64,000 nucleotides of DNA, from the sequence record OR699282.2, one strand, 5' to 3'. Positions 24,846 through 34,684 of the stretch are shown one piece after another (the first letter of the stretch is position 1; every line of letters starts with the position of its first letter). Made by a program: the position numbers and the translations under genes. The notes below the pieces were generated by a model. It had not been told where the DNA came from. It made no database searches and saw only the letters and a list, made by a program, of their open reading frames with translations.

Positions 24846-25093
24846 ATGCGATGAATATTGTGAATAACATCAGATTAGCAGAAAGATTTGATAGAATTGG
24901 GGAAGCACTGAGAAGATACGATAAAGAATATGGTCATTTGAGCTTTTCTATAGAAAAGAGATATGAACTTGAAGCAGAGTTTAAAATGCAGAGTCTCTTA
25001 GGCACACAGTATCAAAACCAATATATTCAAACTTGGATTGATTGTTTAATCCAGACAATTTACGTAAGAAACATTAAATGCAAAATGAAATGA
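24842..25093 (+). CDS. family A mini-protein
   Basis: LLGTQYQN. Confidence 0.8.
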   Translation: MNAMNIVNNIRLAERFDRIGEALRRYDKEYGHLSFSIEKRYELEAEFKMQSLLGTQYQNQYIQTWIDCLIQTIYVRNIKCKMK

Positions 25094-25332
25094 TATACTT
25101 AACACATGATGAGTTAACAGAAAGACTAGATAAATCCAAAAGACTTACAAATAAACTTCCTCACAACACAAATCAAACCCCAGCAGAAAGGAGTGCAGAA
25201 GTTTTATTCCAAAGATTACCATACCTTCTTGGAACTGATAGGCAAGAGTATCACATTGAACGTATAATTAAATATCTCAAAATTACTATTAAGGAAAAAG
25301 TAAATGCAAATGAAATACTTAACAGACGATGA
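25078..25332 (+). CDS. family A mini-protein
   Basis: LLGTDRQE; close paralog of the next gene. Confidence 0.8.
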   Translation: MQNEMIYLTHDELTERLDKSKRLTNKLPHNTNQTPAERSAEVLFQRLPYLLGTDRQEYHIERIIKYLKITIKEKVNANEILNRR

Positions 25333-25555
25333 GTTAAAAGAACGACTAATTAAATCCAGAAAACTTACAAATCAACTTCCAAACGACACAAACAAGTCAC
25401 ATGCCGAAAGGAGTGCAGAAGTTTTATACATTCAACTCATGTACTTTCTTGGCACTGACAGACAAGAGTATTACATTGAAAGTATGCTTCGATATCTTAA
25501 ATTCTCTATAAAGGAAAAGATACATGCTCAAGAATTTAAAAATCCTAACAGTTAA
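25304..25555 (+). CDS. family A mini-protein
   Basis: FLGTDRQE. Confidence 0.8.
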   Translation: MQMKYLTDDELKERLIKSRKLTNQLPNDTNKSHAERSAEVLYIQLMYFLGTDRQEYYIESMLRYLKFSIKEKIHAQEFKNPNS

Positions 25556-25766
25556 TGAATATCATACGATTGTAATGAAAACTAATAGTGCAATTTCTAA
25601 AAAATCAAACCCCAAGTACATACTGGAACACACATTTGAAGAACGTCAATTAGCTTTAGTTGAAGCAAAACTTCTTGCACTCCTAGGAACAAACTATCAA
25701 GAAGAATACATCAGAAAACTAATATACCTTTTAACTAAACATATAAGAAAAAGAAAAAATGCATGA
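25524..25766 (+). CDS. family A mini-protein
   Basis: LLGTNYQE. Confidence 0.8.
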   Translation: MLKNLKILTVNEYHTIVMKTNSAISKKSNPKYILEHTFEERQLALVEAKLLALLGTNYQEEYIRKLIYLLTKHIRKRKNA

Positions 25767-25993
25767 AACACTTGACAGATGATGAACATGGGCTTATAGT
25801 AATGGATGTAATCAACATCGAATACAAAAAGTTGATACGCTACCGTTGTTATGAAGATAAGCAACTCGTTCTAGCAGAACAGAAGTTGTTTCGACTCTTA
25901 AACACAAACTTCCAAGCACAATACGAAGAATCGTATATGTACCTTTTGGCGAGGAAAGCAAAAAGAGATTATGAAAATTTTAAGCAAAGGTGA
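25763..25993 (+). CDS. family A mini-protein
   Basis: LLNTNFQA. Confidence 0.8.
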   Translation: MKHLTDDEHGLIVMDVINIEYKKLIRYRCYEDKQLVLAEQKLFRLLNTNFQAQYEESYMYLLARKAKRDYENFKQR

Positions 25994-26186
25994 TTCAGTA
26001 ATATTACTTATAGAGAGTTCAAGTAAATTCTTAAACATAACACTGTCTGATATAGATGAAGATGACAAAGAAGTACTGAGAGCAGATTTAAGAGTACTGT
26101 TACATATCGGAACAAACCTACAAGAAGAATATGTAGAGTGCTACATCAATGAACTTAAAGAATTAGTACTGAGAACATGCAAATGA
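25971..26186 (+). CDS. family A mini-protein
   Basis: HIGTNLQE. Confidence 0.8.
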   Translation: MKILSKGDSVILLIESSSKFLNITLSDIDEDDKEVLRADLRVLLHIGTNLQEEYVECYINELKELVLRTCK

Positions 26187-26419
26187 AAATCCTTTCACCA
26201 AGTGAATACCACGAACTATTAAGTAGTTTAATTCTAAAATTGTATATAGCAAAGACCACAGATTTACCTGATGAAGAAAAAAATATTCTAATGAGTGAAA
26301 TCTATGTTAATTCTACCCTAGGGACTAACTATCAAGAATGTAATATTAATGATTACATCAAAGAACTAAAAAGGTTTATCCAATGCAAATGCGAATCATT
26401 ACCGAAACAGAATACCTAA
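26177..26419 (+). CDS. family A mini-protein
   Basis: TLGTNYQE. Confidence 0.8.
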   Translation: MQMKILSPSEYHELLSSLILKLYIAKTTDLPDEEKNILMSEIYVNSTLGTNYQECNINDYIKELKRFIQCKCESLPKQNT

Positions 26420-26625
26420 CAATCATAAATGGACTGTTTTTGAAGTTATTTGCCATTAACACATCAAAACTACCAGATACTGATAAAATTATTAAGTTAA
26501 ATGAAATCTATGTTCAAGCTACACTGGGAACTAACTATCAAGAAGCCAATGTGTATAATTACATTAATACACTCAAAAGGGTAATAAAATTAAAATGCAC
26601 AAACAGCCAATACACAAACCACTAG
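26383..26625 (+). CDS. family A mini-protein
   Basis: TLGTNYQE. Confidence 0.8.
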   Translation: MQMRIITETEYLTIINGLFLKLFAINTSKLPDTDKIIKLNEIYVQATLGTNYQEANVYNYINTLKRVIKLKCTNSQYTNH

Positions 26626-26825
26626 GAACAGCAGAATACATTGAACTCATGGCATTACACTTCTCATCCTTTCAGAAACTTAGGCGAGAATCAAAGAATG
26701 ATTTAGAATATACCATCAGAGGTTCCGATTTAAGAATGCTTCTCACCCTAGACACAGATTCCCAAGAGCGATTTGTCAATGAGCATATTAGAGCACTTTT
26801 AATGGAAATTCAAAGTAAACTATGA
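26595..26825 (+). CDS. family A mini-protein
   Basis: TLDTDSQE. Confidence 0.8.
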   Translation: MHKQPIHKPLGTAEYIELMALHFSSFQKLRRESKNDLEYTIRGSDLRMLLTLDTDSQERFVNEHIRALLMEIQSKL

Positions 26826-27037
26826 AGATAATATCAAACCAAGAGTACTTGGCACTATTCAGGAAGAATAATCACAAATATATGGCACTTGATTCAAGAA
26901 CTGATATAAGTGAACTTGAAAAAAATCTTTTGCGTTCAGATATGATAGTACTGACACTCTTAGGAACACAGCATCAAGAGAGAACTGTTAATTCACACAT
27001 AGGGATTCTTATGCAGATAGTACAGGAAAAGATATGA
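26822..27037 (+). CDS. family A mini-protein
   Basis: LLGTQHQE. Confidence 0.8.
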   Translation: MKIISNQEYLALFRKNNHKYMALDSRTDISELEKNLLRSDMIVLTLLGTQHQERTVNSHIGILMQIVQEKI

Positions 27038-27255
27038 GAATCATAACACAACAAGATATTCTTAAGTTCACAAGGGTTCATGCATCTGAATTTGATGCTA
27101 TATTATCAAAAAGTTACAACAACCCTTATACACAAGATGTACATTACAGTGAATTATGGATGTATATACTTTTAGGTACAAATAAGCAAGAGCAAGCCGT
27201 ACAGAAGTATTTGACAGCTTTACGTGATGCTACTGCTAATGGAGTACATGTTTAA
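27034..27255 (+). CDS. family A mini-protein
   Basis: LLGTNKQE. Confidence 0.8.
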   Translation: MRIITQQDILKFTRVHASEFDAILSKSYNNPYTQDVHYSELWMYILLGTNKQEQAVQKYLTALRDATANGVHV

Positions 27256-27256
27256 T

Positions 27257-27499
27257 ATGAAAGTACTGACAGAACTAGAAATGTATCATAGATTTAATAA
27301 GTACTATCATTTACTTAAGCCTATACAGAGGATTAAATGTCCATTTGAAGAGAAACAGGTTTTAATCTATGAGCACAAGTTCTTTGTATCATTAGGTACA
27401 GATCAACAAGAGTACTATTTGACGTTGTACTTGATTACATTAATAGATTTAATTCACTATAAAACCAAACAAGCTAATAAAGAGAAATATGAAAACTAA
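27257..27499 (+). CDS. family A mini-protein
   Basis: SLGTDQQE; start uncertain (27248 or 27257). Confidence 0.75.
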   Translation: MKVLTELEMYHRFNKYYHLLKPIQRIKCPFEEKQVLIYEHKFFVSLGTDQQEYYLTLYLITLIDLIHYKTKQANKEKYEN

Positions 27500-27833
27500 T
27501 ATACAACTCAAGGTATATAAATCATTTGAACATACATATATCAAAAGTAGTCTATGTAGAGATGTAATGGATTACAAGGGTAAGCCATTCACAATTACCT
27601 ATGATTCTTATGTTAGTGATTTATATATATCATTTGTTAATTACGAAAATAAAATATACAAGCACGTTGATATTAAAGATTTAAGTACTTTATCACCAGA
27701 GGAATACTTTCAGGAATCATTAGTATGGGATTTAGAGTTTCCTATGCCATTAGTACATAAGATGATAGTACTAATGAAAGAATCTAAACAGGAGCCTAAT
27801 GGTGATTATGAAGAACACACAGTTGAGTATTAA
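27489..27833 (+). CDS. family B (EExFQxS) protein
   Basis: DLSTLSPEEYFQESLVWD. Confidence 0.8.
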   Translation: MKTNIQLKVYKSFEHTYIKSSLCRDVMDYKGKPFTITYDSYVSDLYISFVNYENKIYKHVDIKDLSTLSPEEYFQESLVWDLEFPMPLVHKMIVLMKESKQEPNGDYEEHTVEY

Positions 27834-28203
27834 AAGTACTGATAATATTAAGAGTTATACAAGCTCAAGTACTGTGACAATCGAAGTGAATTCTCTTAAT
27901 GCTGGTAATACAGTAGATAAGTTCTTTATTGCTCAAGGGTACAGGAAAGATATTCATCAATATTGTTCAGTATATGGGGAGTACAATAGTACTGAAGATA
28001 TAATTTATTGGTCAACACATCAAGATTATATAACTAAAATTGGCGTTCCAGATGTTAGTACTTTATCTGAAGAAGAATACTTTCAGTACAGCTTAATATG
28101 TGATGTACCTATACCTTTAGGGTTAATCAAGGGTATACAGGAAGAGGTTCATAAGCTTAAATCCATGAGTAAAGGTACTTTCATTAGAACAGTGCAATAC
28201 TAG
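27799..28203 (+). CDS. family B protein
   Basis: DVSTLSEEEYFQYSLICD. Confidence 0.8.
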   Translation: MVIMKNTQLSIKSTDNIKSYTSSSTVTIEVNSLNAGNTVDKFFIAQGYRKDIHQYCSVYGEYNSTEDIIYWSTHQDYITKIGVPDVSTLSEEEYFQYSLICDVPIPLGLIKGIQEEVHKLKSMSKGTFIRTVQY

Positions 28204-28204
28204 C

Positions 28205-28233
28205 TTGACAGTACTTTTCATTACTGATATAGT
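28205..28233 (+). promoter_or_regulatory. sigma70 promoter, extended -10
   Basis: TTGACA-17-TATAGT with TG. Confidence 0.7.
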
Positions 28234-28262
28234 ACACTAACGTTAATCATAGGGTAAAAATT

Positions 28263-28508
28263 ATGTTAAATTTTTTAAATTTTCTTATCGTCTTGTGTAT
28301 TGTTCTTGGGATTGCACCATTTGTATTGTATTTCATGGATTCAGATGAAATGCAAAAGATGAATTGCACAAGGACAGGACAGAGTAGAGTAGAGACGATT
28401 CTTATGCCTGTTACGGTTATTGTTAATAATATGCCCATTACCAACATGGTCCCTACCCTAACGACAACGTACCAGTACTCTTGTGCTGACGGAGAGAGGT
28501 GGAGATGA
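28263..28508 (+). CDS. membrane-anchored protein
   Basis: N-terminal hydrophobic helix; C-x-RTG..YSCxDG. Confidence 0.75.
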   Translation: MLNFLNFLIVLCIVLGIAPFVLYFMDSDEMQKMNCTRTGQSRVETILMPVTVIVNNMPITNMVPTLTTTYQYSCADGERWR

Positions 28509-28816
28509 AATTTAATATAGCAAAAACATCGAGTATATGTATTTTTGGTTATGCAGAAGAGTTAGGTGATATTGACATTCTTTTGTACAAAAAGGATGGT
28601 GTTATGCATTTCAAGTACCAGGATGAAGAGGCAGACAATTATCTTTTACCTAATTTAGTACAAATGCAGGAAGAGGAATTATTCCAGTACAGCTTAGTAT
28701 ACGACATTGATATTTGCACGATGCCAGTACTAATTAGTATTCAAAAAGTGATGCTCGATATGTATGATAAGCTAATACAAGGTATGTCAGGGAGGATCAT
28801 TGAAATTGACATATAA
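28499..28816 (+). CDS. family B protein
   Basis: MQEEELFQYSLVYD. Confidence 0.8.
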   Translation: MEMKFNIAKTSSICIFGYAEELGDIDILLYKKDGVMHFKYQDEEADNYLLPNLVQMQEEELFQYSLVYDIDICTMPVLISIQKVMLDMYDKLIQGMSGRIIEIDI

Positions 28817-29012
28817 GAATATACCTAATGCATATGAAATGAAGTACAGGGAGTTTATTAAAAATGTACACACCGATCCTTTTAATATCAAAATATCAGA
28901 GTTTGATGTATTATTTTATCTAGGGTCAATAGCACAGGATCAATGCGTTGATAAGCTCATATGGTCCTTGAAAATGGAGATACAATGCAGACCCAAATAT
29001 ATAAAAAGGTAG
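28800..29012 (+). CDS. family A mini-protein
   Basis: FYLGSIAQD. Confidence 0.7.
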   Translation: MKLTYKNIPNAYEMKYREFIKNVHTDPFNIKISEFDVLFYLGSIAQDQCVDKLIWSLKMEIQCRPKYIKR

Positions 29013-29248
29013 ATTCTTTATTGTACGCTTCAAAGTACAGGGATTTTTGTTTACGAGGGGGAGAGGAAGATTTCTCTCTGAGATTATCTGAATTTAATAT
29101 GTTATTTTATCTTGGTACAAAAGATCAAGAAGATACAGTACAGAAATTTATCAAGCACCTTGAACAAAAAATTAATATGCAAATTTTGATGCTTAAGTTA
29201 CAGAATGAGATAAATGAATATGAATCCAGAAATAGTTCAGGATCTTAA
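28985..29248 (+). CDS. family A mini-protein
   Basis: FYLGTKDQE. Confidence 0.75.
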   Translation: MQTQIYKKVDSLLYASKYRDFCLRGGEEDFSLRLSEFNMLFYLGTKDQEDTVQKFIKHLEQKINMQILMLKLQNEINEYESRNSSGS

Positions 29249-29606
29249 AAAAGTAATATTTCTTTTGAATACCAGAAGTGAATTGTATACAGAGTTAAAA
29301 GAGATTAATGCATTTTATCAGAATTTTGTAATCCAAGAGATCAGTGATTTAATTACAGATGCATTATTTGAATTCTCGGAGAAATACAAAGGTTCAGAGT
29401 TCAGTGTTAAGAATGTTATTCGTCCAAGTGCAAGGAAAATTATATTATCACATTTTACATTTGACAATAAAGATTTATTCAGTCATAATCCAAGTACAGC
29501 TTTATATTTTATTCCTGATTCAGACAAAAATCATCCTATTCATTACGGATGGATTTTGTCATATATAGTACAAGGAAAGGAGTATCCTATTAAATGGAAA
29601 GATTAG
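29214..29606 (+). CDS. hypothetical protein
   Basis: ORF track, coupled. Confidence 0.7.
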   Translation: MNMNPEIVQDLKKVIFLLNTRSELYTELKEINAFYQNFVIQEISDLITDALFEFSEKYKGSEFSVKNVIRPSARKIILSHFTFDNKDLFSHNPSTALYFIPDSDKNHPIHYGWILSYIVQGKEYPIKWKD

Positions 29607-29755
29607 GGCGATTAGATTATTACACAATTAATACAAATTATTTGTTGCGTAATATAAAATCCGATTACAAAATATGGATAAAGAACAGAGATAGCATGTG
29701 TTATGAATTTTATTTAGATTATGCTATCAAACGATTTTTAAGAGAAGAACATTAA
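29594..29755 (+). CDS. hypothetical protein, 53 aa
   Basis: SD AAGGAG; fills the gap between coupled genes. Confidence 0.5.
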   Translation: MERLGRLDYYTINTNYLLRNIKSDYKIWIKNRDSMCYEFYLDYAIKRFLREEH

Positions 29756-29958
29756 TGCAAAAGATTAATACGATAACATTAAATGCATTACAGGATTCAT
29801 TATTAGATAGTATTAAGATGTATTACAATATACATTTGAAGGGTGGTATTGATAATTACGATTATTATTTGAGTTTAATTACATTTGAGCACCTTTCAGT
29901 ACAGGACAGGATTTTACATCCTACAAATCCTAGGTATCCATCGATAGGTAAATTATGA
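29755..29958 (+). CDS. hypothetical protein
   Basis: Coupled ORF. Confidence 0.65.
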   Translation: MQKINTITLNALQDSLLDSIKMYYNIHLKGGIDNYDYYLSLITFEHLSVQDRILHPTNPRYPSIGKL

Positions 29959-30503
29959 ATGAGATAGAGTTATTAGCACACAAGATAAGTACAATAATGC
30001 TTATCCTCAATAACAACCATCCTATATCGCATATAGATGGAATCCTGAGTCAGAGAACAGGTGGTAGTTTATATTTGTCCATAAACGCAGATATCGCAAG
30101 GAAATACATTGATATTGATGTTGAAATCGAATATGATACAACGGGGATTGTTGATGTAGGTGCATTAATCAGTTCAAATCCAGTATCAGCATCCCCATTG
30201 ACCAAAGGTGTTAGTACAGGATTCGAAGGGTATTTGTGGTACAATACCAATGATGATTATTTTATATATCAGCATTCCAATACAAATTATGATGAAGACA
30301 AATTTCAGTTCATAGACCCTTATGATGAAGCTGGCGTATTCCAACAATCATTAATCACAAAACCGCATGAGATGATGTATCTAATGTTATTCAGTACAAT
30401 GCATTTGAATTCATTAATTAAAGGTTTAAAATTTTATATTCAATTAAATTTAGTCCATGTAGTTTATGATTTATTAATGCAAGGATATAGTTATGAAGTA
30501 TAA
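29955..30503 (+). CDS. family B protein (MNEIELLAHK subfamily)
   Basis: DEAGVFQQSLI; paralog of 30575. Confidence 0.8.
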   Translation: MNEIELLAHKISTIMLILNNNHPISHIDGILSQRTGGSLYLSINADIARKYIDIDVEIEYDTTGIVDVGALISSNPVSASPLTKGVSTGFEGYLWYNTNDDYFIYQHSNTNYDEDKFQFIDPYDEAGVFQQSLITKPHEMMYLMLFSTMHLNSLIKGLKFYIQLNLVHVVYDLLMQGYSYEV

Positions 30504-30574
30504 AATGTTGTATACCCCAAGATATGATTTATGTTGAATTAGAAGATGATGCATCCATCAATAGGTAATAATAT

Positions 30575-31081
30575 ATGAATGAGATAGAATTATTAGCACA
30601 CAAGATTAGTACAGTAATGCTTATGCTCAAGAATAATCATTCTATGCATAAGTACATTTATATAGGTGATTTACGCATAGAAGATAGATATGATAAATTA
30701 TCGTTTTTGTTTAAAGATGAAAGTAATGCAAAAGTTTGTTTTGCAGCATTTGCCCAAGGCAATCCAGAACAAGCATCTCCTGTTATATACGAAAATAGTG
30801 AAGGGTATTTGTGGGTCAACACAAACGATTATTTCTTTTATGATTTGAAACAAAATGATGAAGTAGAAGCACGAATTGATTTAATTGATATTAGTTCAGA
30901 TTGTAGTTCTGAATTATTTCAGAAATCGTTATTATACAGTCCTCGTCAAATACATTATCTAAAGTTATTCAGTTCATTGTACGCGAATCCTTTAATTAAG
31001 GGTTTTAAATTTTATATCAAAATTCCGTACCTTTCAAACGTTTATGATATTTTGATGCAAGGATATAGTTATGAAGTATAA
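30575..31081 (+). CDS. family B protein (MNEIELLAHK subfamily)
   Basis: SSELFQKSLLY. Confidence 0.8.
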   Translation: MNEIELLAHKISTVMLMLKNNHSMHKYIYIGDLRIEDRYDKLSFLFKDESNAKVCFAAFAQGNPEQASPVIYENSEGYLWVNTNDYFFYDLKQNDEVEARIDLIDISSDCSSELFQKSLLYSPRQIHYLKLFSSLYANPLIKGFKFYIKIPYLSNVYDILMQGYSYEV

Positions 31082-31382
31082 AATGATGTATACCCCAGAT
31101 ATGATTTATGTTGAATTAGAAGATGATGACGATGGGTGGAATTTGATTTATTCAAGAAGTTCAGGTTGGTACATGGCACATTTAAATGATTCGATAGTTA
31201 CAGATTATTTTGTAGATTTCAATACATTATCCGATGAAGAATTGTTCCAACAGCAATTAGTGATTGACACGGGTGGTTATGATGTCTTATTATTAAAAAA
31301 GATACAAAAAGCTGTTATTGATTTTAAGCCCATGATATGGCAAAGGAAATATTATGACCTCGAAGTACCATACCAGCAATGA
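31071..31382 (+). CDS. family B protein
   Basis: DFNTLSDEELFQQQLVID. Confidence 0.8.
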   Translation: MKYKMMYTPDMIYVELEDDDDGWNLIYSRSSGWYMAHLNDSIVTDYFVDFNTLSDEELFQQQLVIDTGGYDVLLLKKIQKAVIDFKPMIWQRKYYDLEVPYQQ

Positions 31383-31920
31383 AATTCAGTACACCTACGC
31401 TAATGCCATCCTTATGGGACAAAAGTTAGCTTGTATTGTTGCAGCCTTATATAATGCCCAGAAATATCACAAGCGTCATTTCCACAAATGTATTGGTATT
31501 ATTCCATCGAAGTACAATACATATATTGCGTGCACGAGTCATTTTGATAAACGATTCAATACACCTGATACCCCAAATTCCCGTAGTGTTATTGGTCTTT
31601 TGGATTTCGCCCCTGGTGCTGTTATTGGAAAGAATGATTTAGAGTACGCATGGTATAATAAAAATGCCCCGTTAGTAATGGTAAAATATGATACAGAAAC
31701 GAACAAAACAATAGAGTACAATACATATAAATCAGAGGAAGAATTTTTCCAAGGTTCATTGCTTGTACCAGTGCGTTTGTTGTTTTATAATGTCCTTATT
31801 AGTACAGTACACAATAGTCCATTACACAAGAATCACAAAATTAATTTCAATTTTTGTGCTTATGCGATTGATGGTGTGTATGAGTGTTTAATGGAGGTAT
31901 TGAGTTATGAAGCTGAATAA
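31354..31920 (+). CDS. family B protein
   Basis: SEEEFFQGSLLV. Confidence 0.8.
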   Translation: MTSKYHTSNEIQYTYANAILMGQKLACIVAALYNAQKYHKRHFHKCIGIIPSKYNTYIACTSHFDKRFNTPDTPNSRSVIGLLDFAPGAVIGKNDLEYAWYNKNAPLVMVKYDTETNKTIEYNTYKSEEEFFQGSLLVPVRLLFYNVLISTVHNSPLHKNHKINFNFCAYAIDGVYECLMEVLSYEAE

Positions 31921-32248
31921 TACATTTGATATTAATAAGTTAAGAGAATGGTTTTATAGTATTGAAATTGAAGCCATCCCGTATCATAGATATGAACAAT
32001 ATAATTTAACCAGTATTGATATCAGTGAGTTGTACGCGTATTATCAAAGTGCATTAGAGATGCATAAGTTATTTTTGAGTACAGATTTTGTTCTAAATTA
32101 CAATTTTGAGGAATTTAAAAATTATAATTTAGTACAGAAATATGTAGTAGCAAAGTACATGTACAATCAAGGAATCAAAGGTTGCATCGAATTCAATACC
32201 GTTCTTGTTTTAGTTGAGGTAATTTTATGCACCGCATGTCTGATTTAG
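31907..32248 (+). CDS. hypothetical protein
   Basis: Coupled ORF. Confidence 0.7.
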   Translation: MKLNNTFDINKLREWFYSIEIEAIPYHRYEQYNLTSIDISELYAYYQSALEMHKLFLSTDFVLNYNFEEFKNYNLVQKYVVAKYMYNQGIKGCIEFNTVLVLVEVILCTACLI

Positions 32249-32733
32249 AGTTCAGTTTAGATGCAGCATTTAAATTTGTTCACAAAATAGAAACAATATA
32301 CAGTACATTATGTGCAATAACATCAGTATCAAAAGAGCTTGATGTTGGTGAAAGGTATCAGGTGTGGAATAATTCATTTTTTAATAAAGAACATTCTTCG
32401 ACGGCATTTTATATTTTAGCATTTAATCCCAGCAATTGTTACCCAGAGAAGCATGAACGTTATCCGAATGACGACATGTGGTTTGAGTACAAAGAAGATT
32501 CTGATATGTCGTCAATTGTAGTTCCTGATGATTTTAATGCACAAGATTTAACAGAAGAGTGGTGGTTCCAGCAGAATTTAGTACATGATGATATTGATTT
32601 ATTTTTCTATATTGCATTTAAAATGCTTTATCACAACAATATAGTTAAAGAAAGTGTATCGTTTTCATGTCTATATATTGATGATTTGTACAATGAAATT
32701 CAAATAAACATGCCCAGAACGCCTGTATCGTAA
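32227..32733 (+). CDS. family B protein
   Basis: DLTEEWWFQQNLVHD. Confidence 0.8.
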   Translation: MHRMSDLEFSLDAAFKFVHKIETIYSTLCAITSVSKELDVGERYQVWNNSFFNKEHSSTAFYILAFNPSNCYPEKHERYPNDDMWFEYKEDSDMSSIVVPDDFNAQDLTEEWWFQQNLVHDDIDLFFYIAFKMLYHNNIVKESVSFSCLYIDDLYNEIQINMPRTPVS

Positions 32734-32758
32734 GATATGGGCTTTTTTCGTTTTGGTA

Positions 32759-32787
32759 TTGACATAGAAGACCAAAGCTGTTATCAT
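32759..32787 (+). promoter_or_regulatory. sigma70 promoter, extended -10
   Basis: TTGACA-17-TATCAT with TG. Confidence 0.7.
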
Positions 32788-32815
32788 GTGTATTCATTTT
32801 AAAGGAGAACATATA

Positions 32816-33328
32816 GTGAGTTTCATAATCCCAAGTACATACGAAGATGCATCAAGTGCAGTTCATAAGATTCATTATATTTTTAATTTAATTATTAGAT
32901 CTGCAAAAATTAAAATGTATGCACCTCTTGTGACAAATAATCGAAATGAAGAAATTTTTATTAGCACAGACAAAATTATTTTTCCATATTTCAATGAAGA
33001 TAGATTGTGGTTCATACATTTAGCTGCATTACAAAAATATAAGATGTCAATTCGTAATAATTTGGTTATACCGTTATATCATCCCGATATTGGAGAGGAT
33101 GAGTATTTTCAGTACAGCACAGTACACCGCCATGAAGATATCTTTGCTGCTATGCTTATTGCTAAATTGAACACCGTTGATTTGGAGCAGTACAAATACA
33201 ATAATAAATCATGTAAGATCATAATCCCTGCATTCATAGCTCTTTATGATTATGTGGTGCATAACAAAAAAGATGATACATATGCTTTCAATGAAGAGTA
33301 TTTGAATTTTTTTAAGGAGAAAATATGA
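32816..33328 (+). CDS. family B protein
   Basis: GEDEYFQYSTVH; GTG start behind AAGGAG. Confidence 0.8.
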   Translation: MSFIIPSTYEDASSAVHKIHYIFNLIIRSAKIKMYAPLVTNNRNEEIFISTDKIIFPYFNEDRLWFIHLAALQKYKMSIRNNLVIPLYHPDIGEDEYFQYSTVHRHEDIFAAMLIAKLNTVDLEQYKYNNKSCKIIIPAFIALYDYVVHNKKDDTYAFNEEYLNFFKEKI

Positions 33329-33864
33329 GCAGTACAACAGTATCAAAAGTACAGAAAGCAATGTCATTCAATGAAATTGGTACATTTAAAGATAAGATCA
33401 TTGATTGCCTTGAATACATGATTTGTAGTAATATCGAAAGTATCGAGATATTTAACAAGACAAATCGCTCTTACCATATGATGTACATTGCAAACAATAA
33501 TGGTATCATTCCATTTATTTCGGATAGTACAATATGGTACGCATGTGATACGAAAAAATACACAGCAGGTTCGTATAGCTTAGGGTCACATACGGAATTG
33601 ATTATTCCTGAGCATTGTATGCAAGAAGAAGAATATTTTCAAATGCAATGTATACATTCACCATTAGTGTTGTTTAGTTTATATATTATACCTTATATCA
33701 CCAAATGTGTTCATGAGAATAAAGCTCCGTGGAATCATGAATTTGTATCGTTGAAGTTATTGTATAATGTATTAGTAGAATATTATGATTACAGGCACAA
33801 TGGTACAATCAGTGATGTATGGGAATTTGAATCGCTAAGGGTGAAAACATACACAGGTGAATGA
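33325..33864 (+). CDS. family B protein
   Basis: MQEEEYFQMQCIH. Confidence 0.8.
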   Translation: MSSTTVSKVQKAMSFNEIGTFKDKIIDCLEYMICSNIESIEIFNKTNRSYHMMYIANNNGIIPFISDSTIWYACDTKKYTAGSYSLGSHTELIIPEHCMQEEEYFQMQCIHSPLVLFSLYIIPYITKCVHENKAPWNHEFVSLKLLYNVLVEYYDYRHNGTISDVWEFESLRVKTYTGE

Positions 33865-34480
33865 TATGACCAGAATTAAAATGTATGATTTGATGCAGTA
33901 CAGTAAAATTGCCATTCCAGTGCTTAATAAAGTGCTGGATGCATTCATTGCCAAATACCCTGAGAATTCAGTGTTATGTATTCCATTTAGTGTTCCAGAT
34001 AAAGATGATATATTCCAAGTGAATGTCAGTACACGTGGTATTACATTACAGCAGAAATACATGGATACGGAATATTATGGAATAAAGTTGGATTCAGTAC
34101 AGGGTTCAAAATCAGCCTATGATTTTTTTGTTCCTAATAATATAGAGTCATGGGAAACAAACATTTCAAAGAAAGATGAAAATGATGTTCCTATTAGTGG
34201 TGTGTTCAACAATAAAGTTTTTTATTATTACGAAACCGACAAATTCCCTGAAGAGTTATATTACAATTCAGAAATGAATGAAGATGTAGATGCATTCATG
34301 TTTCAATTATCTTTAGTACATGATATCATTGATGTTCAAGAGTTAAGAGCAGAAATCAATTTAGCTAAAGAGTTATCGGACATGCTGCCACCGTTTAGTA
34401 TGCTTTTTTGTGAAGGTGGTTATTTTTCAAAAGAAGTGTTTGAACATTTCGTAGATGTTGTAAAAGGGTTGGATATATAG
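33857..34480 (+). CDS. family B protein
   Basis: VDAFMFQLSLVHD. Confidence 0.8.
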   Translation: MNDMTRIKMYDLMQYSKIAIPVLNKVLDAFIAKYPENSVLCIPFSVPDKDDIFQVNVSTRGITLQQKYMDTEYYGIKLDSVQGSKSAYDFFVPNNIESWETNISKKDENDVPISGVFNNKVFYYYETDKFPEELYYNSEMNEDVDAFMFQLSLVHDIIDVQELRAEINLAKELSDMLPPFSMLFCEGGYFSKEVFEHFVDVVKGLDI

Positions 34481-34481
34481 T

Positions 34482-34676
34482 ATGCTTACAGTTGATGTTA
34501 AACAAAAATACCGTAAGTTTGATTGGTTCACCGACAGTTTCCAGCTTGAATTATTACATTTGAATATCTGTGAAACATTATGTGCAGAAACACAAGATGA
34601 ATTTGATGATAGAGTGATGAACATAGTAATGCTTTCTTGCTTTAAACATTTTGGTTATTTTTTCGGACAGAATTGA
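34482..34676 (+). CDS. hypothetical protein
   Basis: Coupled ORF. Confidence 0.65.
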   Translation: MLTVDVKQKYRKFDWFTDSFQLELLHLNICETLCAETQDEFDDRVMNIVMLSCFKHFGYFFGQN

Positions 34677-34684
34677 GGTAAAAA

